A DNA stretch of 64,000 bases, taken from Antedon mediterranea. Lineage: Eukaryota; Animalia; Echinodermata. Positions 55,601-64,000 of the stretch are shown piece by piece. The notes beneath the pieces were generated by a model. It did no database searches and was not told where the DNA came from. It worked only from the letters and a program-made list of their open reading frames with translations. The position numbers and the translations under genes are program-made. The stretch's first letter is position 1. Every line of letters starts with the position of its first letter. The stretch covers positions 4,278,001-4,342,000 of the forward strand of contig NC_092680.1 in assembly GCF_964355755.1 (NCBI RefSeq), written 5' to 3'.

Positions 55601-58600
55601 TTTGATAGTCTTTGTTGAAGTGCTTCCATGGCGTCCTTTGGATGAGACACGTCCTCAGTGGTTGATGGGCTTTGTTCAGCAGTCTGGCCTCCAAAGCCTG
55701 GTGGAGGTGGCGGCATGTCACTGAGATCAACATCTCCTGAATTTTCAAAGTCTTTCACAACCAGATCAAATTGCTGAAACAAAATAATTTGTTAAAACAA
55801 TCTTTTTAAAAACTTTTTATACACAAGCTCTATCTACAATATCAAACTTTATGTGACAAAAAAAATGGATGACGATGTCACATCACTACCATATTTAAGC
55901 ATATTACTACCATGTTTGGGAATATCACTACCATATTTGGCATATAAAACTTTTTTCTCAAACTAATTTGATAGTGTAGACAGAACTTATGGTGGGCTTT
56001 TATCTGATTAAGTCTGGTATTACATTTATAATATTTATAAACAAACCTTAGATATTAGTAAGAATTCTCTAGCCGTGTTCAGATCGCCTTGTTGCTTTGC
56101 TTTAACAGCGGCTTGCATATACTGATTCCCTCTTTCTGATAGAAGAATATATCTACTATCTAATATTTAAAAAAAGAAAATAGTGAGTTTTGTTTGGGAT
56201 ATAAATACCAGTTTTTTTCACAATTGAAAATGATCAACATACTAGGATGTTTTGTTTTTATATATTTAGGCAAATTGACAAGGATAAACATAAGCAAATC
56301 ACTATCCTTAAAGATGGCAATCCTGCTCACAAGATGCTCTACATAAACAAAGTCTTATTACAAGTCTTTGAGAGAGGAGTTGTAATTTGTCATTAGAACA
56401 AGACCCGACATGACAGAACTTGAAACCAGGACCCTTGGATTGGTAGCCAAGTATCACAACTCAAATTTAATTTACTATGCATAGTTTTCCCTCACCTGAT
56501 TTTAAATTTGGCCTTACAGATGGCCCTGGTGTGTCTTCCTGATGGACTGCAACACGGCTTGAACTAGCAGCTGATGGTGTGGGATTGTCTTCTACAGGCC
56601 TGGGAGGTGATACTTGAGATGTTGGAGGTGTCAATTGTGCTGGAACCAAAGGTGTTGGAGGTGACACTTGAGGTGCTGCTGGTGATACTCTGGATGCTGC
56701 TTCAGGTGCTGCTGGTGATATGCTGGTTGATGATTCAGGCTTTGGAGGTTCTGCTCCTTTAGGGGGAGGAGGTTTACCAACTATAACTGGTGGTGGAACA
56801 TCAGCAGGGTCAACTTTCTTGCCAGATTTTAGCTTTCTGTTAATAGCCTTTACTTGCTGTTAAACAAGGTAATATAATTTATATTAGTAATAAATAATTG
56901 ATTGGTTCTTTCTGCTGTAGAAGAGATTTGACTACATAACAATATTTACAAGTAAAGCATGATGCTGCTAAAAAAGCTTAAAATTAAAATTCATAGAATA
57001 TATATATATTTATAATGGTTTGAAATAAAAAAAGATATAAAGATATGTTCTTTTAAAAGAAATAAACGTATTTGAGTTTTCACTTTTTATTTTGTCACAT
57101 AATGTTTGATAGTGTAGACAGAGCTTTAGATGGTATAGTATGGTTATATAATATAAGATGAGTGAAAATGACATTACAACCCACCAGACAAAGTGGAGAA
57201 CTTACATCTAACCCTCTTGAGAATCTTCTAACTTTTGAATCTTCACCATTTGCTTTAGCATTAGCAATCGCAGCTTGGTAATTCTCTAAACGCTCAGCTA
57301 CAATTGAGGTAAGGTCTGTTTTCAACTCAACCTCATCATTACGGATCTGCGCTGGAGCAGGAGGTGAGGGGGATGCCTGCTTTGCAGGAGAAGGCCCACT
57401 GTCCTCTACAAGGTCCTGAAATTCAGCCTGTAGAAAAAAAATTACAATCATTAACAACATTTGTTGTATTTATTTATTCAAATTTAATCACACTCTTGTT
57501 TACAAGACCAGCTAATTCTGGTTTATGAGTGAACAAATATTTAGCAACTAAAATAGACACAGATAAAAACATCAAAAAAAATTTGTTGTCATATATGTAA
57601 TTGTATTAAACATAAAAATATAATAATTAATTAATATAATAATTAATATATATAATTATCTGTATTTTGTAAGCAATATGTTTATTATGTCAATGTATTT
57701 TGTAGAATTAAACTTTTTTAATAAAGTGTACTCACTAATAGTTCGTCATCATCCTCCACATCATCATTGTCAGTGTCATCATGTGTATCACTCATAGCAC
57801 TTGCTACCATGCTGTCAATCTCTGGCATAGCTGCAACTCCTATAATTAAAGATATAATAAACAAGATTGGTCAGATTGCTACAGTACAATATGTATAGTA
57901 TGTAGAGAATAATTTTCAATGATTCTGGAAAAAAAAGTACTCTATGACCAATTGAATGTCATATCGTATTTATTCAAATAACAAGCCATAGTAGTGGTGG
58001 TGGTAAGGGGGAGGGGAAGGGGGGTGTTTGGCTGTTTAATAAAATAAATACTTGTAGATATAAAAAAAATACTACATAATTAATATCAAGAAGTGATAAA
58101 ATAGAGTAAAAATTTAATCAGAATGCTCGGTCAATTGTAGATCATGTTAATCAGAATTCTACTACAAATAGAAATGTGTGTACACATACAATATTGTGTA
58201 TCATGTGTCGGGGTGTTTATTTGAGAAAATAAATAAATAAAGACCCTTGTTTATTCGAGGGAGCCGTTTATTCAAAGCGAGCGTTTATTAGAATAAGTAT
58301 TAGATTTTAGGCCAGGAGACAGGTCTTAAATAGGTGAGTCACTCAGCCAAAACGCAAATCTACTGTACTGAATGTTTGTGGTAGTTGTAACTTACCTGTA
58401 GTTCTTGGTTTTGGTTTGGGTTTAGGAGAGGATTCTCCACCTAACAACGCTGCTAACTCAGCCTCCAGAGCTTCATCGTTCCCATCATCTTCAACATTAT
58501 TCAGTGACTCTAAATCAGGAATCCCTGAACTGTCGAGAAACCCCAGCTATATATTGAAAAAAAAAAAGGTATTATTATTATTAAATTTAGCATGATGATT

Positions 58601-59145
58601 GTTTTACACCTGGACTGAATTTCAATATGATTTCTATCCTGACTTTACCTTGATGATTGCTTGTGAACTTTATTATGCTAACTATATAAGTCGCCTAACT
58701 AGACTACTAGGCATAGGGTCTACCTAGAGTAGGCTAGGCCTAGCCTTTAGTAGTTTAGCCCTACCCTAGGCCTACTAGGCTACTTCTGCTAGCTAGACCG
58801 GCCTCCTACTAGAGTTCGTTAGTTAGGCCGCCTAGCCAGCCTACGTACTATTACTATTTTAGGCCTAGAATACTAGATAGGCCTAGTAAAAAAAGAGGCT
58901 AGATTAGATAGGCTCTAACTCTATATGGCCTAGCTATAGGCCTAGGCCTACTAGGCCTATTACTAAATTACTATATTATAGAAAATAGGCCTAATATAGG
59001 TAGGCCTAGCTAGGCTAGGCCTATTATAGGCCTAAGACTAAGCTAGGCCTACTAGACTAGTGGCTAACAAGAATAATTAACTTACTTGAGCTGCTAAATG
59101 ATGTGACTGTTTCTTTGTACTTGTTTTATCTTTTTTCCTAAACAT
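43644..59145 (-). CDS. CC2D1: Coiled-coil and C2 domain-containing protein 1 (CC2D1A/B, Lgd ortholog), ~963 aa, 25 coding exons
   Basis: Exons 59145-59086, 58546-58396, 57839-57736, 57427-57206, 56856-56496, 56159-56047, 55773-55525, 54653-54392, 54024-53894, 53126-53070, 52731-52609, 52212-52154, 51955-51839, 51527-51454, 51071-51016, 50816-50668, 50494-50404, 50080-49943, 49622-49596, 49382-49366, 46211-46151, 46011-45885, 44126-44050, 43836-43789, 43661-43644 (2892 nt, phases consistent). Motifs: DEALEAELAALLGG, four DM14 repeats (e.g. ALQQRLSKYK..GKARRMGRILKQYEDAIK..AGRPIDYEELPAPPGYPPI), C2 domain (DLDTYIKFEFPFP, GFLRSD, GRKQVGGKLEVKVRI..EKWLVID). Confidence 0.92.
44166..44680. mobile_element. 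~510-bp TIR element in a CC2D1 intron
   Basis: Inverted ends tacataagttggggacccctcat / ataaggggtccccaacttatgta. Confidence 0.65.
48873..49178. mobile_element. Two adjacent MITE family 1 copies (48873-49025, 49049-49178)
   Basis: Each is bounded by AGC(T/C)CTGTCTACA..TGTAGA(..)CAGAGC. Other degenerate or partial copies lie at ~41040-41137, ~48290-48410 and ~57094-57125. Confidence 0.8.
50221..50374. mobile_element. MITE family 1 copy
   Basis: agctttgtctacactatcaaact...agtttgatagtgtagtcagagc. Confidence 0.8.
53622..53815 (+). mobile_element. tRNA-derived SINE
   Basis: A-box-like tagcttggtggtt and B-box-like ggttcaatgc. Body motifs (cagggttgtaa, ctccactccctaag, ttatccat) are shared with 61553-61760. 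Confidence 0.7.
55826..55987. mobile_element. MITE family 1 copy
   Basis: TIRs plus three internal atcactaccatatttgg-like units. Confidence 0.8.
58690..59065. repeat. Low-complexity TAGGCCTA/CTAG-rich tract in the CC2D1 intron after the ATG exon
   Basis: Dense irregular iterations of taggccta, taggcta and ctag. Confidence 0.85.
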
Positions 59146-59254
59146 TGTGTCTGCAAAAAAAGAAGTTTTTGACAATAATACTTAATAGCTAGGCTAGGGC
59201 CTAATAAGTTAGGGCGCCGACAATAACGTTTCCGCCCCGGACTGAATCACTTAC

Positions 59255-59458
59255 TTTCGCGAATCGCACCACCACCGACGACGGATGTTTTGTTTTGAAA
59301 TTAAACACAACAAACAAATATCTGTTTTCGTCAATAGAGGGCGTTGTTAAAGCCTACCCGCTCCATGCATCCATGCTTGGTACATTTTTATAAAAAAAAG
59401 ATTCACATATTTTACGTTATAATCGTTGATAAATCTACAATTTAATAATTTTATCAAA
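59255..59458. promoter_or_regulatory. Putative bidirectional promoter / 5'UTRs of CC2D1 and eIF3i
   Basis: The two ATGs are ~314 bp apart, head-to-head. A CC2D1 5'UTR intron is suggested by a minus-strand donor GTAAGT at 59254 and acceptor TTTTTTGCAG at 59151. Confidence 0.65.
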
Positions 59459-62031
59459 ATGGTAAGTATTTGTATAAACATAAAGTTCCACATATTGTAT
59501 TCATTTTAATAATAAGGTCTATTTACTGGCGATACAGTGCTTAGTCTGCTACTGCTAGCTAGCTAGGCTCAACCTCAGGCTCAGCCGAGATAATTTGGCC
59601 TAGGCCTAGGTAGATATCAAAACAATTTTTTACGGGCATATAATCGATGCAATGGGTGTAAATGCACACGTCAGTAGGCCTAGGATTTATGGCCGTTGAA
59701 GATTTCATTGTGTTGTCGTTGTGTTTTCTGAAATAATTCCGGCTAAAAATAATTGCCAAATTATAATAATATAATAATCAACAACAACAGAAAAATTGAC
59801 AAATGATAATAGTAGGCCTTTCTATTTAAAATATATATTTATTATTGATTTGACTTTGTTTAATTGTTTACAATTACTTTTTCCCACTTTGTTTTTTTGA
59901 TAGAAACCAATTGTACTATTTGGGCATGAGCGTTCAATAACGCAAATCAAGTACAACCGTGAAGGTGACCTTCTACTATCATGTGCTAAAGATACTCAGC
60001 CATCTGTTTGGTACTCCCTCAACGGTGAACGTCTTGGAACATTCAACGGCCATGGTGGCGCTGTCTGGTGTATAGATGCGAACTGTATCCTCTTGTTTTT
60101 TGATATTTCTATCATTTGTTTTTAAATTTTCATTTTGTTTTCAGTACAGTACAGTAGTTGAATTTTCTTCCTTAATGTATTCTACCAGGGGATACAACAC
60201 AAGTTTTAACAGGTTCTGCTGACAATACATGCAAATTATGGGATTGTGAAACTGGTAAGCACTATGCACATGTCAATTGTATGACCCACTATATGACCCG
60301 GGAGAGATGTGTTATGGATGCGTCATTTACAAATAATTATTGACACAGGGGTACATCATAAAACCTACTGTAGATGGTATGTCACATCAACGAACAATGG
60401 TATGTCAATGTCCGTAACTTTACCACCCAAAATATGTTATTTGGGGTGGGTCAAACTTAAAGTCTTTCTGACTTATATGATTACTTCATTGTATTTATTA
60501 TCCTGTATGTTATGTTATATTATATTGTGGAAATAAATTTAATTGAAATTGAACATGGTCACAGAGTGCATGAAAATGGGTGTAAATAATTTTGTTGATG
60601 CACATGTTTGTCATAGTATTCATACAGTAAGGCATAACGAACATCGGACAAATGACGCACCTCTCCCTGGAGTCGTATGTATAGTGGGTCATACAATTGA
60701 CAAGTGCATTAACTGATAACAGTATTTTCTTGTTGAAGGGAAAAAGGGGAAAGCCAATATAATATAATCACAATTATTACCAGTTGTCTTTCCCATTTAG
60801 GGGTGACAGTTTAAAAATTACCTTTTAAAGTATGGTGCAGTACTGATGTTCTGTACAACTTTTAATTTGGCATTTAAGATACTACAGTAGTCTGTCAATA
60901 GGTTCTTGGTTGTTCGACTTAATACATTAAAAAGAAAAATTAATATAAAAAAAAATAATTGGTCCATACAAGTTGTTGATTTAGAAACCATCAAAAAGCC
61001 TTCTGGCGGTACAAACATAATGCCACTGTAACTTGGTAGACAAGAAGATACCAAAGTACTTGGGTTCAAATCCTCAATTGATACAATACCATAATTGTTG
61101 TAACCAAAACACCTTATACAAACTAAATTTGTTAAAGCCGACTTTCGTTTGTCCCCTTATTCGTAATTTGCTGCAATAACATATGTATCTTAAAGTTTAT
61201 ATTTTGTTTCTTAAGGTACTCAATTAAATGAGTTTGAAATGAAATCTGCTATAAGGACGTGTGGTTTCAACTACAGTGCTCGAACTATGATGTTTTCAAC
61301 AGATAGAACCATGGGACAGACATGTCAAATATTACTATTTGATACAGCTGATGGCAGCCAAGTCAGTAAGTAGTTTTTGTTTTATTCTTGTAATCATTAC
61401 TGTAGGCAGACATTGTAGTGGAACTGTATCTTCATTTTCATTTCATTTATTTATTTGACCATCAAAACATAAAAATACAATGTACAAAGATGAATTGGTC
61501 AGGGACTGCTAAAGTAATACGATTACTGTAACTACAAGAGTCAGCAGTCCCATCTTGGTTGTTAACATGCTTGTCTTCAGATTCCAAGGTTTAGTGTTCA
61601 ATCCTGACCTATTTTAGTGCCAGGGTTGTAAAACATGGCTGTCTCTACTCCACTCCCTAAGACTAAACAAAACTTATTCAGTCATGGTATAGCTTATCCA
61701 TACCTGTAATTAGAGATTTACTTGCTCTTTGATGAGTATGAAATAAAAATAGATAAATAAATCATTTTTAAAATAGACAACACAACTCATAATTCACTAA
61801 CTGTGAATCAACTTGTTGTAATTTATTATTTATTTCTGTTTTGTAACCAACAACATTTTTTAGTAGTTTGAATCATTTTAGATTCATTTTATTTCCGTCA
61901 CAGAAAACAGCAAACCTTATATGGTGTTCGACGTTGAGGGGCCAAAGGTCACAAGTGCTATATGCGTTGGATTAGACAACTACATTTTATCAGGGCATGA
62001 GAACGGTGAATTACGGTTGTACGACATAAAG
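59459..62031 (+). CDS. EIF3I: Eukaryotic translation initiation factor 3 subunit I (WD40), 5' part; continues beyond the identified exons
   Basis: Exons 59459-59461 (ATG only), 59904-60084, 60189-60254, 61216-61365, 61904-62031 give [80 protein letters not shown]...SAIRTCGF...FSTDRTMG...SGHENGEL. Confidence 0.95.
60085..60188 (+). other. U12-type (minor spliceosome) GT-AG intron in eIF3i
   Basis: 5'ss GTATCCTCTT, branch site TTCCTTAAT at 60168-60176 about 12 nt before the AG. The intron splits a conserved Trp codon (T|GG). Confidence 0.85.
60264..60709. mobile_element. ~445-bp MITE with ~45-bp imperfect TIRs in an eIF3i intron
   Basis: atgcacatgtcaattgtatgacccactata / tatagtgggtcatacaattgacaagtgcat. 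Confidence 0.8.
61553..61760 (+). mobile_element. tRNA-derived SINE (same family as 53622)
   Basis: B-box-like gttcaatcc, shared body, A-rich tail aaataaaaatagataaataaa. Confidence 0.65.
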
Positions 62032-64000
62032 GTAGGCAGGAAATGTGACAATACACTTTAAATACTAATGAAATAAATCAAATTTAAAAAATATATTGTA
62101 ACCCCAACCATTTTATTCAGTGTACGTATTGACTGTAGTAGTTGAACAAATAATGACAAAAAAAAAACATTGAACCAACATAAAATTTGACAGAAGAGAG
62201 AGCACTGTAAGTGGCTGCAGGACATGACGAGACCCTTAGGTGAGAAGCATGTTATTGAAAGAAAGTGTAACATCTAGTCCACAGCCCCTTGAGCACTTTA
62301 GTTGATATGTGCGCTTTACAAATCTTATATTACGTAGTGTACATGTAAGACTCACTTGGTATATCTATTATTTTCTCTTTGTTTACTACTTATTTTTGCG
62401 GTAAATCATCATTTTTTGGTTCAAAAAACATAACAAAACATGAGAACTTCGTGATAAAAAAATCTAACTTTATAGAGTTCCTGTTTGAACAAGTCAACTC
62501 TGCTTAAATTTTTTTTTTTTAATGAGGGTGGGTTTCAAAACTAAAATATTGAAAACAAATGGTGATATAATAAAATAATAGCAAAAAAAAACCAAGACCA
62601 AAAACCAGGAAGCAATGGTTTGAATATTATATAAGATGATACAAATGTAAAGTAGAAATTCAATCAATTGCGATAAAGATAATTCTCTTAACTTGTAACG
62701 TTACACACTTACAGATAATTGAAATAGGACTTATGTTTCACTCTCCAACGAATGCTGAACGATGATAATAGTATTTTTATACAAAATGATAGTAATTTGT
62801 GGAAATTGACATGAAATACAAAGTTAAAGCACTTGAATTAAGAATATTTCAAAAGAAAATTGAGATAATGTTAACGTCGTACGTAATATTGATGTCTTAT
62901 CACATAAAGTTAAATTTATAAGCGTACACTACAGTTTTTTTTTACAATATTTCTCAATTCTATTACCTATTTAATGTATATTCTGCCATATGATTTGGTG
63001 TAGGTTATGAATATATTTTAGTATTTTCAAGATGTGTTGTTTTACTGTAGTTATTTAATATTAATCTATTGCTAATTTGTATTAGAATTCCTCCATTGAG
63101 ACACCCCTTTTATGGAACACCCAATAGTAGTACAGTATGTTCCTGTTTAATTAACAAGAGCCATTCAATACATTAGGTTTAACACATGGCCAACCACTAT
63201 TCAGGTGACAATCCTAAATATTTGTGGGTCCTAAATGTGTGTTCTTTTCTACTTGAGTTTTTGTGTAACGTTAATTTTGGGTTTGTGTCTTTAAAATCAT
63301 TTTAAAATCATTTTATATAGAAACAGAACATTGAATGATGGGAGATTCATTATCCCAATGTCTATTATTTCTTACTTACACTATTTTCTCCCTTATATAA
63401 TTAATAATCCCAATTTTAGTATTCTCTCTTTATTATTTAAGAAAATACAGTAAATTGTAGGCTGCATTTAACCTTCATAATATTATTCAATTGGTTTTAA
63501 TCAGTACTTTGAAGTAAGCCAGAACTAATGTATGTACAAAGTTTCAATAACAACTTTTACTATAAATTTGTTTTATTGCAAAGATTATAAACAAACAGGT
63601 CATTTTGTTTTACCATAAAATAGTTTATAGGGTGTTATGTAATGCTTTAGCAATTGGTAAGTGTTGGCAGTTTAAATGTTAGCATAAAGTTCAACAGTCT
63701 CACTCAGCTTATTGTTTTCCCTCTTTAAGTATGTTTTTCATGATTGTTTACTTTTACTCTGAGGCACTTAACTAGAATGCAAAAGTAATATAATATCGGC
63801 AATACTCATTTAAAAAATGTGTATTACTGTAGTTTTCTTTACAAAGTGGGAAGCCCAGATCAGTGATATTCACTGCTTTCCACTGGGGCCCTCCAAAATA
63901 CATTTACCCCGTTCATTTCAATGTCGATGAATTGAAATTGATTTATTCGATCAAAACACATAATGGAACATAGTTCCATAAAACAGCTAGTAATCAGCAC

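Noticed and set aside
54284-56762. Plus-strand hydrophobic ORFs 54284-54481 and 56574-56762
   Set aside because: Antisense shadows of Pro/Ala/Gln-rich CC2D1 exons.

Overview
AT-rich, intron-containing animal genomic DNA, probably an invertebrate deuterostome such as an echinoderm (taxon is inferred, not shown). By reading splice sites and exon phases by hand I assembled five protein-coding genes. Two are tandem SLC16/MCT-family transporter paralogs on the minus strand (6 exons each, same intron phases). One is a single-exon-CDS GT10 alpha-1,3-fucosyltransferase-like gene on the plus strand. One is a complete 25-exon CC2D1/Lgd gene on the minus strand (4 DM14, C2 and a CC2D1A-type tail), head-to-head with the 5' part of eIF3i on the plus strand, which contains a U12-type intron. 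Introns and intergenic DNA carry several MITE families, tRNA-derived SINEs, LINE 3' ends and minisatellites. Most interesting points: the intact fucosyltransferase ORF appears to lack canonical GDP-fucose-binding residues; both SLC16 paralogs have an unusual Arg at the TM10 selectivity position; CC2D1 has microexons and a candidate alternative terminal exon. No prokaryotic or CRISPR system is present. All alignments to reference proteins are from memory, not computed.
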